64,000 nucleotides of DNA, from NCBI GenBank assembly GCA_051294375.1, contig CM119265.1, forward strand, positions 5,072,999 to 5,136,998, written 5' to 3'. Below the pieces are notes generated by a model that did no database searches, was not told where the DNA came from, and saw only the letters and a program-made list of their open reading frames with translations. Origin of the DNA: Paraspadella gotoi (taxonomy: Eukaryota > Animalia > Chaetognatha). Shown here piece after piece: positions 49,803 to 62,853 of this stretch (positions within the stretch are counted from its first letter, which is position 1; each line of letters begins with the position of its first letter). A program made the position numbers and the translations under genes.

Positions 49803-50072
49803 CCTTGATATAAAATCGGGCGATCTCTCGAAAAAAGTATTAAATCCGTCGGCGAGGAGGAGAGAGGAGCTGGGAGAGGAGGAGAGAGGAGCTGGGAGAG
49901 GAGGAGAGTGGAGCGGAGAGAAGTTGAAAAGGAGCTGAAGAGGAAACGAAGCAGGAGCGAAGAGATCGTAATCACGTGATTCGGATTCATCTGACCTGGA
50001 TCTCTCGCGTCGTGAGAGAGAGAGAGAGAGCGTCAACCAGACCGGAAATCATGAACGGGAAGAATATTTTGG

Positions 50073-50113
<41 letters not shown>

Positions 50114-50986
50114 GAGAGAATGAAACAAGAAAAAAAAGAAAACCGTAAAAATGGAAGTGGAATAAAGAAAGAAGGTTTTTCCATCGTTTGAATGCGAATT
50201 GCTATCGCCACCACCGAGAGGAGGGGGGCGGATAAGGGTTCAACCGACAGTTTGGCCATAAGTTTGGCCAACAGTCTGGCTCATAGTTTTGACCCACTAT
50301 TTCGTAGTTTGCGACATGACGCGAAAGTTACCCAAAAATAGCAGAAAAAAATTTAAAAATTTAGCATTTAAAGTTTGATAGAAAATCGTTGATGAAACAC
50401 ATTTAGCGTCGGCGATACACGATTTGTATTAAAAGATGAACTCTGGGGGGACCTCGTTTTAGACGGGTTCTCGTCATAACCCATAAAAATATAGAAAAGC
50501 CGAGGAAAAAAAGCAGTTTGCTTCGAAATTCGGCTCAAATATTCAAAATAGGCAGCGCGAACGAGAGAGCCGTGAACGATATGTACGGAGAAAGCGAGAA
50601 AGATAGAGAGCGAGAGCGGGAAAGATAGAGAGGGAGAGGAATGCGCCGGGAGGAGGCTCGACAGGCGACGCCCATTATAATCCTCCAATAATCGTCTCAT
50701 AACTCAAACTCGGGCCTCCCAAGATGGAAAGAGGTTTTGGGGGCGGGGGAGTTGGAAGGGGTGGGGTGGAGAGAGGGAGAGTTGAAAGAAAAATAGGAAA
50801 GAAGGGAAGAGAGAGAGAGGGACTGAGAGAAAAGAGGAGGTGTGAGAGAGAAGGGGTAAAGATAGTCCGGAGAAGGGAGGAGACAAGCGGCAGAAAATTC
50901 TGCTCATTATTATTACCCAATTCGTTATTCCGGGAGAAGTTTGGATCGGGGTACGGCATGAGGGTAAGAATAATTATGGCATTGGA

Positions 50987-51063
50987 GAGGTTAAAGGTGG
51001 GGGAAGTTAAGGGGAGGGCGAGGTTAAAGGTGGGGGAGGTTAAGGGGAGAGTGAGGTTAAAGG
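50987..51063 (+). repeat. G-rich 33-bp tandem repeat (about 2.3 units)
   Basis: GAGGTTAAAGGTGGGGGAAGTTAAGGGGAGGGC repeated. Also seen in the duplicate at ~57723-57800. Confidence 0.7.
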
Positions 51064-52702
51064 AAAAGAAGGTGGGGGTTACAGAGGAGGTTACATAATG
51101 AGTTTAGTGACGAGGAACGGTCTTGATTGACATAGGTTGTAGGAAATATTCCTATTACTTTCTAGAATCGCTTCATTACGATTGACTCGTGCAAAGACCT
51201 TCTCACCGAGGTCAAAGCCAAGTCCCTTCCGAGTCAATATTTTAGGTGAATTCGTTTTATTATCCGTTTCATTATCTTCTCATATCCTAATGAACAATGT
51301 CCGAATGTGTGATTATGAAACGTTTTTTTAAAAGAATTCTCGATTCCTATTGGTAAATGGGATTATCAAGAAATCCACTTCGCGGCTTTAGTCTATCAAT
51401 TATAGAATTTCTCTCGTTTTTAGATTTAGAGGAGTTCAAAAAAAAAAAAAAAAAGAAATCTCTGCACGAGCCGAGAACGATTTCATTATCTTCATTGTTT
51501 TTTTAAATCTCAACGACTTTTCATATTCCCTCGCGTAGAAAATATTTCGCGAAGCCTAACGACGAATAAATTTGATGGGAGTGAATTAAAATCTCGAGCG
51601 AGCTATTGCGAATGTCGGAGAAATTCAGGTGGGGGAAATGAAGGGGAGGTCGGTGGGAAGGTGGGGTCTGTAGAGGTAGATGGGCAGGTGGTAGAGAATA
51701 GATGATAGGGGAAAAGGGTATGTTGAAAAGGAAGAAGGGATTCGTATGAAGGAGGGGATCAGGATTAGACGAAAGAGAAGGGAATATAGGATGTCAGAAG
51801 AAGGAGACTGGTTGGTGAGTTTCGTTGAGAAAAAGGATGGGTAAGTTAAAGTAAAAAAAACTAGGGCGCTGATAGTAAAGAATAAATGGGTTTCTTTCTG
51901 ATATAAAATATATAAAAAAAAAAAAAAAAACGAAAAGAAAGGAAAACTATCGGAATAAAGATTATAAAATATTTAAAATAGTTCTAGAAAGGGAGAGGAC
52001 AACTTCGATTTCCCTGCAATTCAGTTCATTATTCAAAGATTGATAGAAAGACAAAAAGCAAAAGTCTGACGCCGAAAACAGGATGACTACGCCATACCGA
52101 CGCCGCTACGACGACGTCGCCACGACGACGCCGTCACGGTATCGTCGTGCGTCGTCTCTCTTTCACCTTAAGTGATTCACGGATGATTTTCGAGTGATTT
52201 TCAAGGTGATTTCGAAGCCATTAAAAGAAAAAAATGNNNNNNNNNNAAATGAGTCCCACCGTTCCGCTGATGCGAGGATCTCGGGGAATTTCGCCTCGAA
52301 AAAAGAAAAAAAAAACCGACTTCGTCGAAAAGAGGGTGGAATTTTATGGAGTCAGGGGGAAAAAGGATGAAGGAAAAAGGATAAAATGATGTTATGAATA
52401 AAAAACATGTTTAAAGCGACGTATGTATCATTTCGGCAAAAGCGGTGCTATTAAACGGGGAATAAGAAAAAGAAGGGGCAAGATACTGAAAATAATGGAT
52501 AACGCATAAAACCGAGATATTCTTGATCAGTGATTAAGTCGTCGGGTTGAATGGAATGAAACGGGGGAGACTGGGTGACTGACTGACTGACCGACTGTTG
52601 GATAGAGATGGAATATGATAAAAATGGGTGGAGTCAGTGACAAGGCCCAAAACTCCAAACGAGAGAGTTTTTTTTTTNNNNNNNNNNNNNNNNNNNNNNN
52701 NN

Positions 52703-54337
52703 GCTTCGTCGACGCTCCTCAACAACCGGGGAATATTAAAACAACCTTTATTTCTATTTTTTTTTTCCTCATCCTTATTTTTTTTCTTATATTTGATATT
52801 TTATTAATTTTAATCGGAAGGGGCTTTTTTCTTTTATCATTTTAGCTTTGTATCGAGGCTTCCTGCACCGGAAAGTCGGCCACTGAATCTCGCTTTAAAG
52901 CGACACGCGGATGGAAGGGCGATGGTTACGCGATATCAGGGTTTTTCCATGAGAGAGAGAGATTTGAGAGAGAGAGAAATGCCAGAGAGAGAGAGAGAAG
53001 AGAGAGTCTTTCGCAATATATATCATTCATTTCTTTATCCATTTCTTAGCAATTATCTCGGCTTATAATCGCGAGTAAGACATACAGACAATTCTTCAAG
53101 TTTGGAGCCTTAAATTGCGAGACCTATATCATCCTACAAAATGTTGAGACCCTGAATGAACGCTAGACTTTAGTTATTTTACCAGTACTCACAAAAATGT
53201 CAAAAATTCAGTAGATACACACTTCCTCGTCTTATAAATTATGAATCTAGCATTATTATCGTATCACGACGAGCATGTTCATTCACCGAAATTAAACGCT
53301 ATCTTCACTTTTATCAACCGGAATATCAAGTAATCCCCTAAGGTTTTGTATAAACTTAAGCTTACGTTAGACGTATTGACACTTTCACAAAATAGAGCCC
53401 CAAGCGAAGAAATGCCCGCCACATCATTATCGACACATTCATACTGCAGCATAAGCATTCTGACAGATAGAAACGGTAACTCACGAACTGCGCACGCTCG
53501 CCAGACACTTACAGAACCAATGTCATCTCAATACCTAACAGCGTACTGCAATTAAGTTTCTGACTCTTACTAATATCCGTATCCGTATCTATCTTTTGAA
53601 CTGCATAGACTGATCCCTTGTTATGTATATTTGTGGCTTTCCTTCTGTATCTTTGTATTAAGCGCGTAGAGCGACGTTATCGGATTTCTCACATGACGCA
53701 CTCATTATCGGCGCTAGTCAAGATGCAGTACGCACATGCAATGTACAACCTATGTTAAAGACACGACGACGATAGAGACACCGAAATCAACGTGACATGT
53801 TGCCAAACAACACATTAAGAAACTTGCCTTAACGCCTTAAAACGGCGGTCGGCTTTTCATTGTTTCGTCGTATTTCTCGGCGTTGGCCAGACAACGCCCA
53901 AAAGTCATTTCTGCTTTCACAAGAAATAAACAAAGCTATGATTAATCTTTGGAATCCTTCCTAGGAATTGTTAACCGTGGTTCATCAGCCCGTTACTACA
54001 CCGAACGTACGAGCGTTCAGAAAATTACTGGAACGAACGAACGATGACGTCTTCGGTAGCTCCACGCCCAAGTTAATTAATGCTTTTTATTTAATTTAAT
54101 CAGCGAAAAAAAAATAACGAGAGGTCGTTAAAGAAAGACTTCAAACGTTACTTAGCCGCTAATGACGGTAGAAATCTCATTATAGCCGTGTTTCTCCTTT
54201 TTTTTCGCTTTATTCAGCAAAAAAAACTAAGAAAAACTAAGAAAGTCGTAATTTTCGAGCTCGTTACGTTCGGGTGAACGGGCGATGACCACGGTTCACA
54301 ATTCTAGAAGGATCCAAAGATTAATCATAGCTTTGTT
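52703..54337. repeat. Fold-back mosaic of ~59650-60950
   Basis: 52703-54244 is a noisy reverse complement of ~59650-60950. 54245-54337 is a forward copy of ~59877-59975. Confidence 0.78.
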
Positions 54338-57300
54338 TTCATACTTTTAATGTTTAACCTCAGCGAATGGAAGCTTGACCGGCAATTTCCCTCACAGTCT
54401 TTTGTGTTATTAAAGATCCGGAATTTTCGGTGCCATTCTTCATTGACCGGTCTTCGCGGAGATTGATTATTCTTTTTATCATTTTATCATAACATTTTAA
54501 ACTCTTGTATTCCTTCCTCCAAAATCTATAGTCTGACTTTGTCTTTAAGAAATAACTCACGACTGTATTTCCTATTTAGACTCTCACCGAGAAAAAAAAA
54601 AAAATACAAGGTCGGGAAAGTCGAGCAGAGAAAAAAAAAATGGTAACAAAATAAAGACAGTATATTAATTTCGCCATAATATTGTTAGTGTGATTTTTTC
54701 TCCGGTTTTCCCTCCGCGAGAGCCGATACAGACGCAAAGCTGTTCTTGTGCGCCCAGAGCTCTGTTTCCCTGCACTCTCTCCCCTCCATCCACCCTACCC
54801 AGTACCAACCGTCTATCCCACGCATCCAAAATGTCGCGGCCCCGCCACGTTACCAATACTCACCAGCCACCTACACCACCCATTCGCAACGAACATGACT
54901 AAGGAAAAGAGATTCGTTTTGATTTTCGAAGCCAGCCGCCGCTCCTGCCGCCACCCGGACGCCGCCCCATCCGGCGCGCCGCCTCCCGCCGCTCGTTTTC
55001 TCCTTTTTGTCATTTCGGTCTCCGTGGAAAACCGTGAAATGGATGTTTCCGAGCTGTGGCCGCGATTCACTCGCGGGTGGTTCGAGAGATCCGGCTCGTC
55101 AATCATTCACGACTGGGGGGGAGAAGTGAGGGGAGAAAAGAGGGGAGGGGGAGTTTAGAGGTTTGGAGAAAGGGGGAGCACGAAGGGGACGGGGAAAATG
55201 GAGAGAGGAGATCCAAAGGACATTCACCGCTAAGAATGGGACAAATTCCGAGTGAAGCCACTGTTAAAGCGGAAAATGAAAACGAACGAACGGTCGAAAC
55301 AAAGAATAACTGCTACGGCGCTGCCACGGGGCCTGCCACGCCCACAATAGCTGATTGAGCCGTGAATAGGTAAAGTGTCGCTTCCGTGGTCACGCCACCG
55401 GGCGCGAGAAAATAGCGCCCTTAACCGCGCCTGCGCGTTGTCTCGTCGTTTAATTTTTCACTTATCCTTTCCTTAAATCCTTTCCTTTTGCACATACTAA
55501 ATGAGAGATATACGCGAGGAAAGGCGCGATTCGCCCCGCCCCATGCCCCGCAGAATGCACGCGCATTCAGTCGCAAATCCCCGAATTGCATCTCCAAGAT
55601 GGGCCGATTGCTTTACCCCTGGAATACGACGCCAACATGCAGCGTTAAGTAAAACAAAATTCTTTCAATTTGATTACGTGAGAACGACGTGTACGACGCA
55701 CGACGACGACGTGACGACGTGACGAGACCGACGACAACCGTCGAAGGCCTTGGCTTCGCGCCTCGAAATTTTCGAATGAAATGCTTAAATTCTCTTGAAA
55801 CAGCCTCCAAATTTTTCTTCTTTTTTTTTGTTGGCGGTTGGAAATTTAATCCTTTTTCCAAGGTTCAAAAGAACCTCGAATTGATATATAACGACCTCGA
55901 TTAAAATAAACTATGAAAATAATGTATTGTTTAAATAGAATAATTTACTTATTCCCGTAAATTTTTCAATTATATGTTAGTTATTTAATCACGGTAGTTT
56001 CTAAATAATAAAAGATAAACATGAGAACTGATAGGCGGTCGAAGTTATTAACCTAGTTTTCAGTTGTTGAATAAAAGCAAAAGAAAAAAGATTTTGGCCA
56101 AATCATAAACAGATAGAATGAGATGAAAATAAATTAGTATTTTATAGTCAGTAAGTTTTACGCGAGAGAAAGGAGGTTGTACTTATTATTATTATTATAC
56201 TTCATGGTTAAGCACGGGCACAAAAAACATACTTGTGAAATCTCAGTTAGGAAAAAACCTGTTGAAATATCAGTCGGCCGAAGCGAGTCGACGGACGACG
56301 ACGACGACGACAGGAAAAAATACCGAGCGCAACGTGATTGACAGAACGATGGACAGCAGTAAAGTGAAGATGATAACCCCAGAAAGCCACGAAGATGGAT
56401 ATCGACGACCGACGACGACGACGAGACGACGCGAGCCTTGATATAAAATGCGGGCGAGTCTCCGAAAAAAGGTATTAGATCCGTCGGCGAGGAGGAGAGA
56501 GGACTGGAGGGAGGAAGAGGAGCTGGGAGAGGAGGAGAGTGGAGACGAGAGAAGTGAAAAGGGAGGCTGAGAGGAGAGACGAAGCGGGCAGCGAGAGAGC
56601 GTAATGGCACGGTGAGTTGCGGATGTGCATTGCCTGACCTGGATGCTCTGCGCGTCCGTGAGGACAGAGAGGAGGAGAGCGTCAACCGGCAGACCGGGAA
56701 ATCAGGGACGGGGAAGAATATGTTTGGGGGTGGGGATGTAGAGGAAGAGAGAGAGGGGAGTGAGAGAGGAATGAAACAAGAAAATATAAAAGAAAACCGT
56801 AAAAATGGAAGTGGAATAGAAGAAAGGAGAGGTTTTCCATCGGTTGAATGCGAATAGCTATATCGCACCAACCGTGCGAGAGAGGGGGCGATATAGGGTC
56901 ACGAGCCAGTTTGGCCATACGATTTGGCCCAACAGTCTGCTCATAGTTTTGACCCCCTATTTCGTAGCTTTGCGGACAATGACGCGAAACACCACAAAAT
57001 AGGCAGAAAAAAATTTAAAAAATTTAGCTTTATAAAGTGTTTGATCACGAAAATGCGTTTGTGAAACACATTAGCGTCGGTCAACACGATCTTGTATTAA
57101 AAGATGAACTCTGGGGGGACCAGGCATCGTTTTAAGACGGGTCTCGTCATACAGGCCATAGATATAGAAAAGGGCCGAGAAAAAAAGCAGTTATGCTTCG
57201 AAATTTTCGCTCACAATAATCAAAATAGGACCAGCGTCGAACGAGAGAGCCGTGAACGATAGTGTACGAGGAGAAAAGCGAGAAGATAGGAGCGAAGAGC

Positions 57301-59645
57301 GGGAAAGATAGAGAGAGAGAGGAAATGCACGACGTTGGTAGAGGCTCAACAGCGACGCCATTATTAATCCTGCCAAATCGTCTTCTAAACTCAAACTGTC
57401 GGCGCCTCCAAGATGGGAGAATGTACCCCGTATATTGGGGGCGGCGAGGGGAGTTGGGAAAGGAGGTGGGGTGGAGAGAGGGAGAGGTAGAAAGAAAAAA
57501 TAGGAAAGAGGGAAGAGAAGAGAGAGGGACTGGAGAAAAGAGGAGGTGTGAGAGAAGGAAGGGGGTAAAAGATAGTCCGGAGAAGGAGAGGAGACAAGCG
57601 CAGAAAATTCTGCTCTTTATTATTACCGTTGTTTTCTTCAATTTTCTGTTTAGTTCCGAGGAAGAGTTGATTCTGGGGTATAAACGCCGCAGGAGGGTAG
57701 AATAATCTATGGGATTAGTGAGAGAGTTAAAGGTGGGACGAAGTTAAGGGGAGGGCGAGGTTAAAGGTGGAGGAGGTAAGGGAGAGTGGAAGTTGTAAAG
57801 GAAAGAAGGTGGGTGTCATCAGAGGAAGGTTACCATAATGAGTTTAAGTGACGAGGAAACGGTCTTGATTGACATAGGTTGTAGGAAATAGGTTCCTATG
57901 GACTTATCTGAGAATCGCTTCATGTAGATTGAACATGCGTGCAAAGACCTCTCACCGAAGCGAAGGAGGCCGAAGTCCTCCGAGGTCAATATTTATAGGT
58001 GATTCGTTTATTATTCCACGTTTCAATTATCTATCTCATACCTAATGAACTATATGTCCGAACAATGTAGTGAGTTATGAAAACGTTTTTTTAAAAGAAT
58101 TCTCGATTTCTAATTGGTAAAATGCGGACAATCAAGAAATTCCCACTTTAGCGCGGCTTTAGTGCTATCTAATTATAGGAATTTCTTCTCGTTTTAGATT
58201 TATAGAGGTAGTTCAAAAAAAAGAAAAAAAAAAAGATCTCTGCACGAGCCGAGAACGAATTGTCATTCTATCTTCATTGTTTTTTTAAAATCTCATCGAC
58301 TTTTCATATTCCCCTTCGGGTAGAAAACAAATATTTCTGGGCGACAAGCCTAACGAACGAATAGTAATTGATGGGAGTGGATAAAATCTCGAGCGAGTTT
58401 CGGACAGGTCTGGAGCAAATTCAGGTGGGGGAGAATGAAGGGGAGGTCGGTGGGAAGGTGGAGGTCTGTAGAGGTAGAATGGGCAGGGTAGAGAATAAGA
58501 TGAGAGGGGAAAAGGGTATGTTGAAAAGGAAGTAAAGTGGATTTCGTATGAAGAGGGGATCAGCGGTTAGACGAAGAGTAGAAAAGGGAACCTATAGGTG
58601 ATGTCAGAAGAAGGAGAACTGGAGTTGGTGTAGGTTCGTGAGAAAAAGGATGAGGTAAGTTAAAAGTAAAAAAAAACTAAGGTGCGTCTGATATATAGTA
58701 ATGATAAGATGGGTTTCTTTGCCTGAATATACAATATAAAAAAAAACTGAAGAAAGCGATAACTATCGAATAAGTTTAAAATATTTAAATATAGTTCTAG
58801 ATAAGGGAGAGGACAACCTTCGATGTCCCTGCAATCAGTTCATATATTCAAGAGATTGATTAAGAAAAGACAAATAAGCAAAAGTCTGACGCCGTAAAAC
58901 AGGATGCATACGCCATACCGACAGTCCGGCTACGCGACGTCGCATCGACGACGCCGTCACGGTATCGTCGTGCGTCGCTCTCTTTCACCTTAAGTGACTC
59001 ACGGTAATGATTTTCCGAGTGATTTTCAAAGGTGAATTGTTCGAAGCCATTAAAGAGAAAAAAATGCCCTCCGATGCCTCTCTCTCTCTCGTCTCGTCTC
59101 CTCAGTCGATCTCTCTTTCTCTCTCGCTCGTCTCTCTCTTCATTCTCTCCTCTTCTCTCGGGAAACGTAAAGGAAGAGAGATATGAAATATAGTTCCCAC
59201 CGTTCCGCTGATGCGAGGATCTCGGGGAATTTGAGCCTCGAAAAAAGAAAAAAAAAAACGCGACTTCGTCGAAAAAGGTAGGAATTTTATGGAGTACAAG
59301 GTGGGAAAAAGATGGCAAGGAAAAAAGGATAAAACAGTGATGTTATGAAATAAAAAAGCATGTTTAAATAGCGACGTCATGTATGCATTTCGGCCAAGCC
59401 GTGCTATTAAACGGGAATAAGAAAAAGAAGTGGCAAAGATACTGAAAATAATGGTATGTAACGCATAAACCGGAGATACCTTTGCTTGATACAGTGATTA
59501 AGTCGTCGGCTTGAATGTAAGCAAACGGGGAGACATGGGTGAACTGCACTGACTGACCGACTGTTGAATAGAAGATGGAATATGATTAAAAATGGGTGGA
59601 GTCAGATGAACAAAGGGCCCAAAAACTCCAAACGAGAGAGTTATT
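54338..59645 (+). repeat. Noisy direct duplicate of ~47935-52677
   Basis: Collinear throughout with insertion-dominated differences. It fills the 10-N gap at 52237-52246 with a ~130-bp (CT)-rich tract (59065-59190). Confidence 0.9.
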
Positions 59646-60305
59646 GTTTTTTTTCTTAGTTTTTTCTTCCGTTTTGTTTTTGCTGAGAATAAAGGCAGAA
59701 AAAAAAGGAGGAACAACGACTATAATTGAGTTTTCTACCGTCAATTAGCGCTAAGTATGTTTGAAGTCTTTCTTTTAAACGTACCTCTCGTTATTTTTTT
59801 TTCGCTGATATAAATTAAATAAAGGAACATATACTTGGGCGTGGAGCTACCGAAGGACGGTCGCATCGTTCGTTCGTCGAGTAATTTTCGAGCTCGTACG
59901 TTTGGGTAGTAACGGGCTGATGAACCACGGGTTAACAATTCCTAGAGGATTCCAAAGATTATCATAGCTTTTGTTTAATTTCTTGTGAGATAGCAGAAAT
60001 GACTTTTGGGCGTGTCGCGCCAACGCCTGAGAAAATACGACGAAACAATGAAAAGCCGACCGCCGNNNNNNNNNNNNNNNNNNNNNNNNNGAAAGCGACG
60101 CCTTTTAAGGCGTTAAGGCGCTAAGGGTGCAGCGTTTGGTGCCATCGTCGTCGTTTTCGTAGTCGTCTTCTTCGTCGTCTTCTTCGTCGCCGTCTCTTAA
60201 ATCGTCTCCTCTCCCTTTCGGTCGAAGGAACCCATTCTCTTTATCGTCTTTCAAATGTCGTCGGTAATAATCGCCGTCCTTTGTTTGAGATGCATTTGGT
60301 CTTGC

Positions 60306-61065
60306 TGCGCCTGCGCAGTTCTGTTCTTGTCATCTTCGTCTTTCTCGTTGTTTTTTGTCATTTCTCGCGCTCGTTTGGAGTTTAGGCTAACTCATTGATC
60401 ATTATTCCGGTTATAGTTATTTTCGGGACAGTCGTCGTCGTCGTAATCTATATTTATAATTTATTCTCTGAATTTTTGACATTTTTTGTAGTTGTAAAAA
60501 TAACTAAAGTCTAGCGTTTCATCAGGGTCTCACATTTTTAGAAATCGCAATTTAAGGCTCCAAACTTAAAATTTTATTCTTTCCTTACCCATAATTCTAT
60601 TTATAAGAAATGGAATTATTATCTCATTACTTTATCATGTATTCTCTCTCTCTCTTACTCTCTCTTCTCCCTCTCTCTCTCTCCCTCTCTCCTCTCTCTC
60701 TCTCTTCTCCTCTCTTCCTCTCTCTCTCTCTCTCATAAACCCCCGATATCGCGTAAACTCGCCTTCCATAGCGTGTCCTTTGGATTCAGTGGCCGACTTC
60801 CGGTCAAAGCCTCGTCAAAGCTAATTTAAAAAAAGCCCTTCGCGATTAATTAAATTAAATAAAAAATATCAAATTAAAAAAAAAAAATAAGGATGAAAAA
60901 AAAAAAAAATAAATAAGTTGTTTTTATTCCCCGGTTGTGAACGTCGACGACGAGGGCGACGACGACAACTATGACGACGACGACAACGACAAAGGCAGGA
61001 AGAGTTACGCGTTAATTATTATTTGCAGTTGTTTGATTCGCTTCTTTCTGCTCAAACAATTTGTT

Positions 61066-61136
<71 letters not shown>

Positions 61137-61363
61137 TCCAAGTCGGCGAGTTTGGATTTTTTATGGATTCTGTTGAATTTATTTTAAATTTTTGAAATGA
61201 ATTTGGATTTCCAAGATTTTCATTTGTTTCATTGGACAAGAGGCACCTCCATCTCTACCCACACAGAAAAAAAAAAAGAGATCAAGATCGATCAGTTTGT
61301 GTCAACTTTGAAATTCCTGATCCTCGCTGACCCAAATTCCTCCTCCGTTTTTCCAAGATGGCG
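60306..61363. promoter_or_regulatory. Housekeeping-promoter-like motifs
   Basis: NRF1-like TGCGCCTGCGCA (60306-60317), ETS-like ACTTCCGGT (60796-60804), YY1-like CAAGATGGCG (61354-61363). Motif matches only, spread over 1 kb. Confidence 0.25.
61068..61131 (+). repeat. (GA)n microsatellite
   Basis: Perfect GA run. Confidence 0.97.
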
Positions 61364-62784
61364 TCGAAACTCGGCGCCACTGGACGCCCGATATCACGCA
61401 GCGTTTTTTGGGGGATTTCCGGTTTGAAGAAGGAGGGAAGCATAAGAAGGGCCGACTAGGTGTTACCCTTCTCTTTGTCCGTCAGTCCGTCACTTGTTAT
61501 TCCAAGTTTATATGGCGATCTGACAACTTGTCCAGTGTCAATTTGTCTGTCCCTTTAGTTTTTTGTCCCTCTTTTTATCTTCATATACGTTTGTCTGACT
61601 TTCCCTTTCAATATATCACCGCCGAGCGCATATAAACCCCCAACTAGGAAACAATCTTCCTCGCTTGACCCCGATAAGCACAGAGCAAGTATTTCATGGT
61701 TACTATTTTCCATTTCCGATCGAATGTGAAAGGGTGATAAAGAGATCGAGGAATCGCGACCTCTGAAATGCGAAATCGCAACCCCTGGACCGAAAAAGTG
61801 GTTTCCTATTGGGAGAGAAGAGTAAAGTAAGAGAAAGGAAGGTGACTCGACTCTGCCACACACTTATATGACATGTTCATTTTGATGCAAAATTCATTTG
61901 TATAGTTTCTTATATATCTTTATCTACATGCAACGGGAAAAGAGAAACGTAAAGAGCAGAGAAAGATTGGAAAGTCGAATATTGGGCGGAGAAAATCGAA
62001 TGAAGAATCGCGGGCAAAAGTCGAGTGACCGTCGGTCAACCCGGCCGGGCGTAATTCAGCGAGCCGGACGCGCGGGCGGACGGACACACGGCCGAATAGC
62101 AAAATGGCAAAATGGCAAAATGGCGGGCGGAATAGCTGGTGGGCCGAAATCGGGCGGCATGAATGGAGGGGAATATCTCGGCGCAAAACGGGCGGAAAGG
62201 AAAGATGAATAAAAAAGGAAAGGACTTGTGATTTGATTGACCAAAGCAAGAGTCGCTATGACGAGTTAATTTGTTGAGAAAAAAGAGGGGAAGTCGGAGA
62301 GAGAGAGGAAGAGAGAGAGAGAGAGGGAGAGGGAGAGAGAGAGGGAGAGAAATAGCGAAAGAAAAACAAAAAGCACCGTGATAAAACAAAGAACAACAAA
62401 TGAAATCTGTTTTATTGTTTTTCTTACCTGCGTTTCGCGGACCGAAATTGTTTGAGCGAGGAGAGAGAGAGAAAAAAAAGAGAAAATAATAAATAGGATT
62501 AAAATCGATTTCTTTTGCCCACTAAGGGAAAAAAAATACGATAATTATGACTATCACCATTTTTTAGAAATCATTATCATTATCATTATTCTATCATTAA
62601 TTCCCCCCCCCCTTTCAACCACTCCTACTCGAAGATAAATATGAGTCCCTCGTTCCCATTTCTCTAAGAACTCGGAGATGACTCATCGTTTCCGGCCGAG
62701 GAGGAGGAAAGTAGCATGTTATTTCTACGGGAGCGGGAAGAGGATGAACAGATCCGTGACTCTACCCATGACTATGGTACGGAG

Positions 62785-62785
<1 letters not shown>

Positions 62786-62850
<65 letters not shown>
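62786..62850 (+). repeat. (CT)n microsatellite
   Basis: Perfect CT run. Confidence 0.97.

Positions 62851-62853
<3 letters not shown>

Noticed and set aside
34061-50030. Giant genomic palindrome or Foldback/Polinton-like TIR element
   Set aside because: One arm is insertion-noisy, begins at a 25-N gap and continues into unrelated mosaic pieces. There is no internal coding capacity or TSD.
50987-51063. Telomeric repeat
   Set aside because: TTAAGGGG-like words occur only within a short 33-bp unit, not as a canonical telomeric array.
60105-60355. Acidic reading frame on the minus strand (…DGDEEDDEEDDYENDDD…)
   Set aside because: Short, broken by stops and a frameshift, and explained by GAC/GAA repeats. 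No splice or homology support.
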